IMG/VR virus record: IMGVR_UViG_3300017747_001100 | Location: 1 to 31,586 of that record | Length of the DNA stretch: 31,586 nucleotides | Strand: one strand, 5' to 3' | DNA from: a virus | Taxonomy: Duplodnaviria; Caudoviricetes | Shown here: in pieces, positions 1 to 8,374 of the stretch | Position numbering within the stretch: the stretch's first letter is position 1 | Layout: the number at the start of each line of letters is the position of its first letter | Notes under the pieces: model-generated | The model's input: the letters and a program-made list of their open reading frames with translations, nothing else | Databases searched by the model: none | Told to the model about the DNA's origin: nothing | Translations under genes and position numbers: made by a program

Positions 1-2
1 AA

Positions 3-1499
3 TTCATTCCATGGCGCGGGGCATACGCAATCGGCCTGCCGCACCTCATCGGAGGCCTGAGCGCGGCCCTCACGGGTACGTTGAGAGCCCTGCTCGACTC
101 GGCGCACATCAACAACGCCCCCGCCATGCTCAAGTTGAAGGGCGCAAAGGTCAGCGGTCAGAGCCAACAGGTCGACATTACGCAGGTTGTTGAAATTGAG
201 GCCGCGCCCGGCGTTGATGACATTAAAAAGATCGCCATGCCGATGCCTTTCAACCCGCCTTCGCAGGTGCTTTTTGAGCTGCTCGGCTGGCTTGACAAGG
301 CCACAAAAGGTGTCGTGACGACGGCGGAGGAGAAAATCGCCGACGTTAGCGCTCAAACCCCCGTCGGCACTACGCAGGCGCTCATCGAGCAGGGCGCAGC
401 GGTTTTCAGCGCCATTCACGCCCGGTTGCACGACGCGCAGGGCCGACTTTTGAAGGTCTTGGGGCGATTGAACCGCTGGTACCTGAGCGACATGCGTAAA
501 GGCGAGGTCGTAGCGGACCTCGAGATTGAAGAGGCGGACTTTCAACGCAATACGGACGTGGTGCCGGTCTCTGACCCGCACATTTTCAGCGAAACCCAGC
601 GCATGGCGCAAATTCAAGCGGTTCTTGCGCGTGCCGACCAGCGCCCCGACCTGTATGACGCCCGCGCCGTTGAAGAGCGCCTGCTGAAACAGCTGAAAAT
701 CCCCGCCTACAACGAGTTGCTCAAGAATACACCCTCGCCCAACGAGCTTTCCGCCGTGGATGAGAACGTCGCCATGTCGCTGGGGCAGAACGGCTACGCC
801 TATATGCATCAAGATCACTTGGCGCATATTCAGGCGCACTTGGACTTTGCGTTGAACCCCGTTTTCGGGGGCAACCCAATCATGGCGAGCATTTTCCTGC
901 CTCGCGTGCTTGAGCACATCAAGCAGCATATGATCCTCTGGTACTTGAACCGCTCTCAAGGCTACGTGACTAAGCTGCGCGGCGAGCCCGTGACCGAGAA
1001 AGAGTACGAAGACAAAGCGCTCACCGCTCAAATCGACAAAACCTACGCCCTCGTGTCGCAGCACGTCAAGTTGGACTCCGAAAAAGCCTTCGGGCAGGTG
1101 CTGCCGCTGGTTCAACAGCTGCTCGAGGCGATGAAAAAGCTCACCCCGCAACCCCAGTTGCCGCCCGAGGCGCAGGTGCTGCGGGAAACGTCGCTGGCCG
1201 AAACTCAGCGTCGCGCCCAGCGCGATCAGGCGGAGATGCAGCTCAAAGGGGCGGACATGCAACAGCGGGGGCAGCTCGACGTGGCCCGCCTGACCGCCGA
1301 GCAGGAACGCGCCGCCACTCGCGACCAGTTGGACGTGGCGTTGAATGCTGCGGACAACCTGACCCGCGAGCGCATAGAAACCGCACGCTTGACCCAACAA
1401 GACGACAAGCTGCGCACCGAGCAGTTCGAGACTGCCATTCGGCTTCAAAACGAAGCCCAACGTAACCTAGGAGTTGATCGTGGCCCAACCATCCAGTAA
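3..1499 (+). CDS. Portal protein (5' truncated by window edge)
   Basis: The frame is open from base 3 (FIPWRGAYAIGLPHLIGGLSAALTGTLRALLDSAHINN), so the TTG at 81 is not the real start. Podovirus portal-like segments (PVGTTQALIEQG, PVSDPHIFS, HQDHLAHIQAH) and a Gln-rich C-terminal coiled coil. Lies upstream of scaffold and capsid. Confidence 0.85.
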   Translation, partial: FIPWRGAYAIGLPHLIGGLSAALTGTLRALLDSAHINNAPAMLKLKGAKVSGQSQQVDITQVVEIEAAPGVDDIKKIAMPMPFNPPSQVLFELLGWLDKATKGVVTTAEEKIADVSAQTPVGTTQALIEQGAAVFSAIHARLHDAQGRLLKVLGRLNRWYLSDMRKGEVVADLEIEEADFQRNTDVVPVSDPHIFSETQRMAQIQAVLARADQRPDLYDARAVEERLLKQLKIPAYNELLKNTPSPNELSAVDENVAMSLGQNGYAYMHQDHLAHIQAHLDFALNPVFGGNPIMASIFLPRVLEHIKQHMILWYLNRSQGYVTKLRGEPVTEKEYEDKALTAQIDKTYALVSQHVKLDSEKAFGQVLPLVQQLLEAMKKLTPQPQLPPEAQVLRETSLAETQRRAQRDQAEMQLKGADMQQRGQLDVARLTAEQERAATRDQLDVALNAADNLTRERIETARLTQQDDKLRTEQFETAIRLQNEAQRNLGVDRGPTIQ

Positions 1500-1662
1500 C
1501 AACAGCATCAAAGACCTCGAAGCCGTCCCCTACCACAAGCGCATCGCCATGGGTGCGGCGCTCGACGGCACGAGCCTGCAGTCCAAAGGCGGAAAAGCCC
1601 CCGCCGCCCCCAGCAGCAAAGGAGGTGCCCTGGCCGGGGCCGCTGTCAAGCCCAAAAAGTAA
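1480..1662 (+). CDS. Small basic hypothetical phage protein (VPYHKRIAMG motif)
   Basis: AGGAG at 1469-1473 favours GTG 1480 over TTG 1474. Overlaps the portal stop. Lys/Ala/Gly-rich tail with two SKGG motifs. Confidence 0.6.
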   Translation: MAQPSSNNSIKDLEAVPYHKRIAMGAALDGTSLQSKGGKAPAAPSSKGGALAGAAVKPKK

Positions 1663-1668
1663 ACCTTT

Positions 1669-1857
1669 ATGACCCTAACCGTAACGCAGCTGATTGGCGC
1701 ATTCAAGACACGTCAGGCTGAAATAAGCCATTCTTTAGCGGTCGGAAACGCCGCGACATGGGAGGCGTATCAGCGCATGGTCGGCGAACACAACGGGCTG
1801 CAGAAAGCCCTTGAAATTATTGATAACTTTTTAGAGGATGAAGATGAACATGACTGA
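1669..1857 (+). CDS. Small conserved hypothetical protein upstream of GroES
   Basis: 62-aa helical protein (YQRMVGEHNGLQKALEII) with acidic C-terminus; fills the gap in the operon and overlaps the next gene. Confidence 0.7.
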   Translation: MTLTVTQLIGAFKTRQAEISHSLAVGNAATWEAYQRMVGEHNGLQKALEIIDNFLEDEDEHD

Positions 1858-2281
1858 ACCAGTAGCGTCGCAAGACGCTGAGATGGCTTGGGCTTTTCCG
1901 AGCGTAGATCCTGGTGCGCAGCCGTTAGGTGGTCGGGTGTTGGTGCAAATTCGCCGCAGCCGCAAAAAGACCACCAAAGCAGGAATCGTACTTGTTGAGG
2001 AAACCAAAGAGACCGAAAAGTGGAACACACAGGTCGCCAAAGTCATCTCGATTGGGCCGCTCGCTTTCCGTCATCGCGACTCGATGAACCCCTGGCCTGA
2101 GGGGTCGTGGTGCGCGGTGGGTGATTTTATTCGCGTCCCCAAGTGGGGTGGCGACCGTTGGGAGGTCCGAGTACCCGGCGAAGATCACATGGAAGACCCC
2201 GCCCTTTTCATGATCGTCAATGATCACGAGGTCATTGCCCGAATCACCGCCAACCCGCTCGAGACTAAGGCATTCCTATGA
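1850..2281 (+). CDS. groES: GroES/Cpn10-like co-chaperonin
   Basis: Cpn10 motifs QPLGGRVLV, mobile loop TTKAGIVL, AKVISIGP, VGDFI and IVNDHEVIARI. The start could be 1838, 1844 or 1850. Confidence 0.85.
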   Translation: MTEPVASQDAEMAWAFPSVDPGAQPLGGRVLVQIRRSRKKTTKAGIVLVEETKETEKWNTQVAKVISIGPLAFRHRDSMNPWPEGSWCAVGDFIRVPKWGGDRWEVRVPGEDHMEDPALFMIVNDHEVIARITANPLETKAFL

Positions 2282-3252
2282 GTACGGAAACCGAAGAGAA
2301 AATCCAAATCAAGGAGCAGGCCGATGGCTCAGCCACCGTGGACCTGCCTCAAGACCTGGCCCCGGTTGCCGGCGACGATGATGACAACGACGACGCACCC
2401 GAGTCAAAAGCCGACGCCAACTCAGCTGACGACCCGGCGGACGCCGACTCCGACGACGACACCGAAGCCCTCCGCAACGCCAAGCGCGAGCGCCGCCGCG
2501 CCAAGCGCGAACTAGCCCGCAAAACCAGCGCCGAGAAAGATCAGCGCCTGCAGCTGCTCCAGCGGCAGAATCAAGAGCTGATGGAGCGGTTGTCGGTGGT
2601 GGAGCGCAAGACGCACGCCGGTGAACTCGCTAAACTTGACCGCGCCGTTGAGGATCAAGAACTGCGACTCGAGTACGCCAAGCGCAAAATCGCCGAGGCC
2701 ACTCGCGCTCAGGACGGCGACGCCCTGGCGCAGGCGCAGGAGCTCTGGTACGAGTCGAGGCAGCAGCTTGAAGCGTTGAAAAACCTCAAAAAGGCGAGCA
2801 CCAACCCCAAGCAGGCCGCCAACCTGCCCGATCCGAGGGTGCAGAAGATGGCCGCCGCGTGGATCAACCGCAATGATTGGTACGACCCGCAACACCGCGA
2901 CACCGACTCCCGCATCATCAAACAGATCGACGAGGAGCTAACGGCCGAGGGGGGTTGGAACCCGGCTTCCGAGGAGTACTGGGAGGAGCTCGACGACCGG
3001 GCAAAAAAGTACTTGCCTCATCGGTATGATTCAGGCTATAATGCGGGGAATCAACGTCAAAAGCCCCGTAACATGCAAACCGGTACTGGTCGAGAGTCTT
3101 CAAACAGCGGCAACACCCGTGGCTCGTTTACACTGAGCCCCGAGCAGGTTCGCGCTATGAAAGACGCCGGCTTCTGGGATGACCCTGCCAAGCGCTCCAG
3201 CATGATCAAGCGCTACGCAGCCGAAGCCCGCCGTAACTCAACCCGTACCTAA
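2278..3252 (+). CDS. Putative capsid scaffolding protein
   Basis: Very acidic N-terminus, long coiled coil and short C-terminal helical motif (LSPEQVRAMKDAGFWDD). Located between portal and capsid; ATGA overlap with groES. Confidence 0.7.
   Translation: MSTETEEKIQIKEQADGSATVDLPQDLAPVAGDDDDNDDAPESKADANSADDPADADSDDDTEALRNAKRERRRAKRELARKTSAEKDQRLQLLQRQNQELMERLSVVERKTHAGELAKLDRAVEDQELRLEYAKRKIAEATRAQDGDALAQAQELWYESRQQLEALKNLKKASTNPKQAANLPDPRVQKMAAAWINRNDWYDPQHRDTDSRIIKQIDEELTAEGGWNPASEEYWEELDDRAKKYLPHRYDSGYNAGNQRQKPRNMQTGTGRESSNSGNTRGSFTLSPEQVRAMKDAGFWDDPAKRSSMIKRYAAEARRNSTRT
3013..3042 (+). promoter_or_regulatory. Candidate sigma70-type internal promoter (TTGCCT-N18-TATAAT)
   Basis: TTGCCT 3013-3018 and perfect TATAAT 3037-3042, preceded by an A-tract (3003-3008), in a locally AT-rich patch of a GC-rich gene. 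Confidence 0.4.
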
Positions 3253-3264
3253 GAGAGCACCATT

Positions 3265-3813
3265 ATGGACTCAAGACTAAAGAAATCTCTCACCGCCGGT
3301 GGTCGCGAAAGTCGCGCAAGCGAGGACCTCGATCGACTGCCGCCGGAGACTATGTTCGCCGCCTCACAGGACATCGACAAGATGTGGAGTGACGAGTGGA
3401 CGCAAACCGCCCTGCCGAAAGTGCCCGACATTCCCGGTTGGCACCTCTGCTGGCTTTCCACCACTAATAGCTACGACACGATTGACAAGCGAATCCGACT
3501 GGGGTACGTTCCGGTTACCGCCGATGAGTTACCTGGGTTTGAGAACTATCGCGTAAAAGCGGGCGAGCATGTGGGTCACATTTCGTGCAACGAGATGTTG
3601 CTGTTCAAGCTACCGGCTGAACTCTACCAGCGGGTCATGACGCATTTCCATTATCAAAAACCAATGGAAGCAACCAATGCAATCATGGAACGTATGGCCG
3701 AACTCCAGCAGGGCGCTGACAGCTCAGGACACAAACTCCTGAAAACGGAAGGCGAAGGCTTCGGTAATGTGGCGAAACAATCCGTTAACCGACCCCCGGT
3801 CTTCGAGGGTTAA
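3265..3813 (+). CDS. Conserved hypothetical head-module protein
   Basis: 182 aa between scaffold and capsid genes; GAGAG RBS-like sequence upstream; motifs PDIPGWHLCW, RIRLGYVPV, EMLLFKLP. Confidence 0.7.
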   Translation: MDSRLKKSLTAGGRESRASEDLDRLPPETMFAASQDIDKMWSDEWTQTALPKVPDIPGWHLCWLSTTNSYDTIDKRIRLGYVPVTADELPGFENYRVKAGEHVGHISCNEMLLFKLPAELYQRVMTHFHYQKPMEATNAIMERMAELQQGADSSGHKLLKTEGEGFGNVAKQSVNRPPVFEG

Positions 3814-3831
3814 ATTGGAGTTTACACAATC

Positions 3832-4446
3832 ATGTCTGCAACCTTAGCACCCTTTGGTTTGCGGCCTGCGTATCACCCTTCGGGGCTTGATCGTGCGCAG
3901 GGGCTAGCCAATGTAATTCAATCGGGGTATGCTCAGAACATTTTGAAGGGTCAGGCCGTCAAGCTCGACCCAACGACTGGGTATATCGTTCGTGCCGCGA
4001 GTGGAGACCCCATCTACGGCGTGTTTGATGGCGTCGAGTGGACTGACACCACTGGCCGTCGCCGTGTTTCGAACTGCTGGCCCTCGGGCACTTCGTATCA
4101 AACCGGCTCGCTAATTGCCTACATCTGGACCGACCCCCAAGTGGTCTACGAGATCCAGGCTGAAGGCTCAGTTGCTCAAACCGCCATCGGTCAAGAGTAC
4201 GACATCACCAACCCGTACAACCCAACCACGGGTGACCCGACGTTGGTGGGGCTGTCTCAGGCCACGCTGGGTACTACGGCGGCCTCCGCCAACGCCACCA
4301 AGACGCTCCGCGTCATTGACTTGGCGCCTTACCCAGGCAACGCATGGGGCGACACGTACACGATCGTTCGTGTTCAGATCGCCGAGTTCCAGTACGCTGG
4401 TATCTACGAGGGTGCGGCAACTGCTTACCCCGTAACCGTAGCTTAA
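3832..4446 (+). CDS. Putative capsid-associated (cement/decoration-type) protein
   Basis: 204 aa, beta-rich, directly upstream of the major capsid gene; GGAG RBS at 3817-3820. Confidence 0.6.
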   Translation: MSATLAPFGLRPAYHPSGLDRAQGLANVIQSGYAQNILKGQAVKLDPTTGYIVRAASGDPIYGVFDGVEWTDTTGRRRVSNCWPSGTSYQTGSLIAYIWTDPQVVYEIQAEGSVAQTAIGQEYDITNPYNPTTGDPTLVGLSQATLGTTAASANATKTLRVIDLAPYPGNAWGDTYTIVRVQIAEFQYAGIYEGAATAYPVTVA

Positions 4447-4461
4447 AGGAGGGCTTGACAA

Positions 4462-5379
4462 ATGGCAGCCCCAATGCGCAGTACCGACTTTCGGTCGATT
4501 GTTGAGCCTATTCTCAACGAGTGTTTCGACGGAGTCTATGATCAACGTGCTGATGAATGGTCGCGGGTTTTCCGCGAGCAAGAAGGCATTCCCCGTAACT
4601 ACCATGAGGAACCCGTTCTGTACGGTTTCGGCTTGGCTCCGCTCCTCCCGGACGGTAGCCCCGTCACCTATCAGCAGGGCGGTGTGCTGTTCCTGAAGCG
4701 TTACGTCTACTCGGTGTACGGTTTGGCCTTCGCTTTGACGAAAGTTCTCGTCGAAGACGGCGACCACATCCGCATCGGTTCGGTGTACGCTCGTCACCTG
4801 GCGCAGTCCTTGGTCGAGACCAAAGAGACCCTCTGCGCCAACGTGCTGAACAATGCCTTCACGGGCGGTCAGTACGCGGGCGGTGACGGCGTGGCGTTGA
4901 ACAGCGCCTCGCACCCCATCGTGAACGGCACGTTCAGCAACCTGCTGACCAACGCTGCGGTTCTCAGCCAAACTTCGCTTGAGCAGATGCTTATCCAGAT
5001 CCGCCAAGCCGTTGACAACAACGGTAAGAAGATTCGCCTCGTGCCACGGCAGCTCGTCGTCGCCCCAGGCAACATCTTCCAAGCCGAAGTGCTGCTGAAG
5101 AGCGTCCTGCGTGCGGGCAACGCCAACAACGACATCAACCCCGTAAAGTCCATCGGTCTGCTTGACGAGGGCGCAGCGGTGTTGTCGCGTTTGACGAGCT
5201 CAACCGCATGGTGGGTGCAGACCGACGCGCCCGAGGGCATGAAGCTCATGATGCGCCGTCGTCTCGAGAAGACGATGGAAGGTGACTTTGAAACCGACAC
5301 CATGCGGTACAAAGCCACCGAGCGTTATGACGTGGGCTTCACCGATCCACGGGCCATGTACGGTACGCCTGGCGTCTAA
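4462..5379 (+). CDS. Major capsid protein (HK97 fold, Mu gpT-like)
   Basis: Strong AAGGAGG RBS, highly biased codons, and motifs GGDGVALNSASHP, PRQLVVAP, GDFETDTMRYKATERY and GFTDPRAMYG. Followed by a hairpin. Confidence 0.9.
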   Translation: MAAPMRSTDFRSIVEPILNECFDGVYDQRADEWSRVFREQEGIPRNYHEEPVLYGFGLAPLLPDGSPVTYQQGGVLFLKRYVYSVYGLAFALTKVLVEDGDHIRIGSVYARHLAQSLVETKETLCANVLNNAFTGGQYAGGDGVALNSASHPIVNGTFSNLLTNAAVLSQTSLEQMLIQIRQAVDNNGKKIRLVPRQLVVAPGNIFQAEVLLKSVLRAGNANNDINPVKSIGLLDEGAAVLSRLTSSTAWWVQTDAPEGMKLMMRRRLEKTMEGDFETDTMRYKATERYDVGFTDPRAMYGTPGV

Positions 5380-5381
5380 AC

Positions 5382-5403
5382 AGCGGGGGCTTCGGCCCCT
5401 GCT
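5382..5403 (+). terminator. GC-rich hairpin after capsid gene (leaky terminator or mRNA stabiliser)
   Basis: AGCGGGGGC-TTCG-GCCCCTGCT: 9-bp stem with one G-U pair and a cUUCGg loop; no real U-tract. Confidence 0.6.
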
Positions 5404-5425
5404 CCTTCATTAGGAGAAAGACGAT

Positions 5426-5875
5426 ATGGCACAGACCTATTTTGGTTCCGCGTTACGCGCCGGTTCGGGCACTCTGACCGACACCACTGATGGTGGTTTT
5501 GTGGTGCTGATGCAAACCAGCACCGTAACCACTAACGCCGACGGCACCGCCTCAAGCACTAGCGTTACCATTCCTTCGGGTTCGCAGATTATCAATATCT
5601 TCATTGATCAGACGCAGAACGAAGTCGTGGGCGGGGGCACCGCAACCGCCATTAACGCAACCGTCGGCACCGCCGCAGCGGGTACTCAGTACCTTTCGGC
5701 GACGGACGTCATTGGTGGGGGTCGCGCGGCGCTCACGTTCACGGCTGCTCAGTTGGCTGCGATGGCTGACGTTGGTTCGAATACCGGCGTTTACCTTACG
5801 GTTGACCCGAACGGCACCATCAGCACCACCCAGGGCATTTACCGCTTCACAGTGGTATACGCTCAGAAAGGCTAA
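5426..5875 (+). CDS. Putative virion decoration protein
   Basis: 149 aa, Thr/Gly/Ala beta-rich, AGGAG RBS, directly after the capsid gene. Confidence 0.6.
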   Translation: MAQTYFGSALRAGSGTLTDTTDGGFVVLMQTSTVTTNADGTASSTSVTIPSGSQIINIFIDQTQNEVVGGGTATAINATVGTAAAGTQYLSATDVIGGGRAALTFTAAQLAAMADVGSNTGVYLTVDPNGTISTTQGIYRFTVVYAQKG

Positions 5876-5887
5876 AGGGGGCGTATC

Positions 5888-6790
5888 ATGGGCCAATTCA
5901 AACCAATGGTCAAAATGATGACCACTGAGCCTTCGGTAGTTTTGAAGCTCAAAAAAGGCGGTTCCGTCAAAGCCCCCAAAATGATGGACGGTGGGGTGAT
6001 GAGGGGTCTTGCGGCGACTCCCGGAGCCCGTGGCGGTATGAACCCGGTGGCTTCGCCGGCGCGGCCCTCTATGGCTATGCGTCGGAAAGCCATGATGGCT
6101 CGCCCCATGATGAAAGAAGGCGGCGAAACCAAGGCCGAGCACAAAGCCGAGATGAGTAAGATGGCGGGCACCGAGGCTAAGCTCAAAAAGCATGCCTCCC
6201 TGCCCGCGTCTAAGGCCCATAAGGGCTTGAAAACCGGCGGCGTAGTGATGGGCCAAGGCGGGTTCAAAGCTGGTGTTTTTAATGGTGCGGCGACCACCGA
6301 GAAAGGAGCCAAAGAGTATGTCAAAACCAAAGTTGACACTGCTTCGGGCGAGCATCACACTCCGAAGAAGACTGGCGACGTGGCAATGGGCAAACCCGGC
6401 GGCTACCTGAAGGGCGGAAGCGCCAAGTACGCCAAAGGCGGAGGCGTCATGGACAATGTCTCGACGTCAAAACCTGGCCCCACCGGCACCACCACTGGTG
6501 AAGTGAAGAAGGGCAACGCCGGCGGCTACAAGAAAGGCGGTGAAGCTAAGAAAGACAGCGATGTTGATCTTGGCTACTTTAACACCGTTGGACGCGATGG
6601 TTCCCCAGGTGGCGGTAAGAAAGGCGGTGCAATAAAAAAGCACTATGCTACGGGGGGTCTAGTCGATAGCGGACGCGCCGTAGCCATGCCCAAGCATTTC
6701 GTGTCGAACCCGGTCAAAAACAACCTGCAGTCCGGTACCTTCAAAAAAGGTGGCGGGGTTGAGAAAAAGGCCTACGGCGGCGCGTGCTAA
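5888..6790 (+). CDS. Lys/Gly/Met-rich low-complexity protein with repeated [YFLM]xxGG motifs
   Basis: 300 aa, basic; LKKGG, MMDGG, MKEGG, LKTGG, MGQGG, YLKGG, YAKGG, YKKGG, YATGG, FKKGG. Confidence 0.75.
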   Translation: MGQFKPMVKMMTTEPSVVLKLKKGGSVKAPKMMDGGVMRGLAATPGARGGMNPVASPARPSMAMRRKAMMARPMMKEGGETKAEHKAEMSKMAGTEAKLKKHASLPASKAHKGLKTGGVVMGQGGFKAGVFNGAATTEKGAKEYVKTKVDTASGEHHTPKKTGDVAMGKPGGYLKGGSAKYAKGGGVMDNVSTSKPGPTGTTTGEVKKGNAGGYKKGGEAKKDSDVDLGYFNTVGRDGSPGGGKKGGAIKKHYATGGLVDSGRAVAMPKHFVSNPVKNNLQSGTFKKGGGVEKKAYGGAC

Positions 6791-6794
6791 ACCG

Positions 6795-6818
6795 AGCGGG
6801 GGCTTAACGGCCCCTGCT
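6795..6818 (+). terminator. GC-rich hairpin with the same stem as 5382-5403
   Basis: AGCGGGGGC-TTAACG-GCCCCTGCT, 4 nt after the stop codon; weak U-tract. Confidence 0.55.
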
Positions 6819-6837
6819 TCACTTTGAAGGTCATGCC

Positions 6838-7140
6838 ATGAAGGTTGTATCTGTATCAAAAACCGGCACCGGCTCAAGCAGCTCAATCATCACGAATACG
6901 GAGATTACGCCGTTTAACGTGGGTTTTGGGGTAGTGGTGAGCGGAACGGTCAACTACACCGTTCAGCACTCGTTTGATGACCCGGCGGGCACTATTTCGA
7001 CTTGGTTTAGTCATCCGACCGTTGCAAGTCAAGCCGCCAACGCTGACGGTAATTACGCTTTTCCGGTGACTGCGATCAAGCTGCTCGTCAATTCGGGCTC
7101 AGGCACCGCAACGCTCAACCTAGTTCAGGCCGGAATCTGA
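6838..7140 (+). CDS. Small beta-sandwich-type virion protein (hypothetical)
   Basis: 100 aa, alternating beta-strand pattern, in operon. Confidence 0.65.
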   Translation: MKVVSVSKTGTGSSSSIITNTEITPFNVGFGVVVSGTVNYTVQHSFDDPAGTISTWFSHPTVASQAANADGNYAFPVTAIKLLVNSGSGTATLNLVQAGI

Positions 7141-7141
7141 C

Positions 7142-7381
7142 GTGGGTAAAGTTGGTTACTCAAGCGTAGCCAATCAAGCCAACACCTCTGATGGGTTTGC
7201 TCTTGATGTTGGGGCTCAAAATGTCATTGGCGGAACTGACTACGGCCTTGATGTGGGCGATAATGGTGTGGTTGATGTTTACGGAGCCACCCCAGTAACC
7301 ACTTTTTACATTCTTGACGAAACAAGCCCTGGGTATGTTCTTCAGGAAGATGACAGCAAAATTGTCTTGGAGGCCTCGTAA
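7142..7381 (+). CDS. Small acidic hypothetical protein with C-terminal ILDE..VLQEDDSKIVLE motif
   Basis: GTG start 1 nt after the upstream stop; TAATG coupling to the next gene. Confidence 0.65.
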   Translation: MGKVGYSSVANQANTSDGFALDVGAQNVIGGTDYGLDVGDNGVVDVYGATPVTTFYILDETSPGYVLQEDDSKIVLEAS

Positions 7382-7965
7382 TGGCTGATCAAAAGATCTC
7401 AGCAATGCCCGCAGCCGCCACCCTCACGGGCGCGGAGCTTGTGCCTTTGGTTCAGAGCGGGGCAAATGTCAGGTCGACAATCTCAACGCTGCGGGCGTTC
7501 GGGAGCAACTACGGGGGGTTTAGCAGCACGCTAGATCAGACCGGAAGCATCACTGCCGGCACGGCCATGACGTTCAATACAACCGACGTGGCCGACGGCG
7601 TTACCGTAGTGAGCAACAGCCGTATTACGGTTCCTGCTGACGGTATTTATAACTTGCAGTTCAGTTCACAGTTTAAGAACGTCGAGAACACTCAGGAAGA
7701 CGTAACCATTTGGTTCCGCGTTGATGGCGTAGACCTTGCAAACTCGGCCACTCAGACCACGATCCCCGCCAGAAAAAGCGCAAGTATTTTCGGGTACGGC
7801 GTAACGGCCTGGAACATTTTTCTTGACCTCAATGCCGGTCAGTATGTTCAAATTGTTTGGCTACCCACGGTTGCAACGCTCACAATGGAGCACCTGCCCG
7901 CGAGTGTTTCGCCCGCTTATCCGGCGATCCCATCGGTCATCGCTACGATGATGCAGGTGGCTTGA
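7381..7965 (+). CDS. Short fibre/spike protein with C1q/TNF-like C-terminal domain
   Basis: N-terminal MADQKISAMPAAATLTGAELVPLVQ, shared with the 10384 gene. C1q-like pattern MTFNTT..SRITVPADGIYNLQFS..LDLNAGQYVQI. Confidence 0.6.
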   Translation: MADQKISAMPAAATLTGAELVPLVQSGANVRSTISTLRAFGSNYGGFSSTLDQTGSITAGTAMTFNTTDVADGVTVVSNSRITVPADGIYNLQFSSQFKNVENTQEDVTIWFRVDGVDLANSATQTTIPARKSASIFGYGVTAWNIFLDLNAGQYVQIVWLPTVATLTMEHLPASVSPAYPAIPSVIATMMQVA

Positions 7966-7966
7966 T

Positions 7967-8371
7967 ATGCCCGCCAAAACTAAGGCGCAGTTTCGGCTTA
8001 TGAAAGCGGCGGAGCACAACCCTAAGTTCGCCAAAAAGGTCGGCATTCGGCCTGATACCGCCGCCGAGTATACCGAGTCTAACGTGAAGGGTAAAGCGTA
8101 TGCGAAACTTCCTGAGCGGCTTAAAGAGGGCGGCCCGAGTCTTGCGATCGGTCGTGGCGAGAAACTTCCGGCGTCTCAAGGCGCGGGTCTTACCGCCAAG
8201 GGTCGAGCGAAATACAACCGCGCCACCGGATCAAACTTAAAAGCGCCTCAGCCCGAAGGTGGCCCCCGGCGCGACTCATTTTGCGCCCGTATGGGCCCAG
8301 TGGCGCGTAAATCAGACCGCGGGTCGCGTGCCCGCGCCTCTATGAAACGCTGGAACTGCCCAGGGTGGTGA
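7967..8371 (+). CDS. Small basic phage protein, two modules (MPAKTKAQ..HNPKFAKKVGI plus DUF6321-like)
   Basis: The C-terminal half GAGLTAKGRAKYNRATGSNLKAP..RRDSFCARM..RWNC resembles DUF6321-type phage proteins (from recall); modules are joined at LKEGG. Confidence 0.65.
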   Translation: MPAKTKAQFRLMKAAEHNPKFAKKVGIRPDTAAEYTESNVKGKAYAKLPERLKEGGPSLAIGRGEKLPASQGAGLTAKGRAKYNRATGSNLKAPQPEGGPRRDSFCARMGPVARKSDRGSRARASMKRWNCPGW

Positions 8372-8374
8372 TCG

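Noticed and set aside
4455-4460. TTGACA just before the capsid start
   Set aside because: No -10 hexamer at 16-18 nt spacing; lies in the RBS spacer.
4168-5082. 304-aa minus-strand ORF
   Set aside because: Antisense shadow of the codon-biased capsid gene; no RBS or recognisable motif.
5552-6358. 268-aa and 155-aa minus-strand ORFs
   Set aside because: Antisense to convincing + strand genes; composition mirrors the sense codons.
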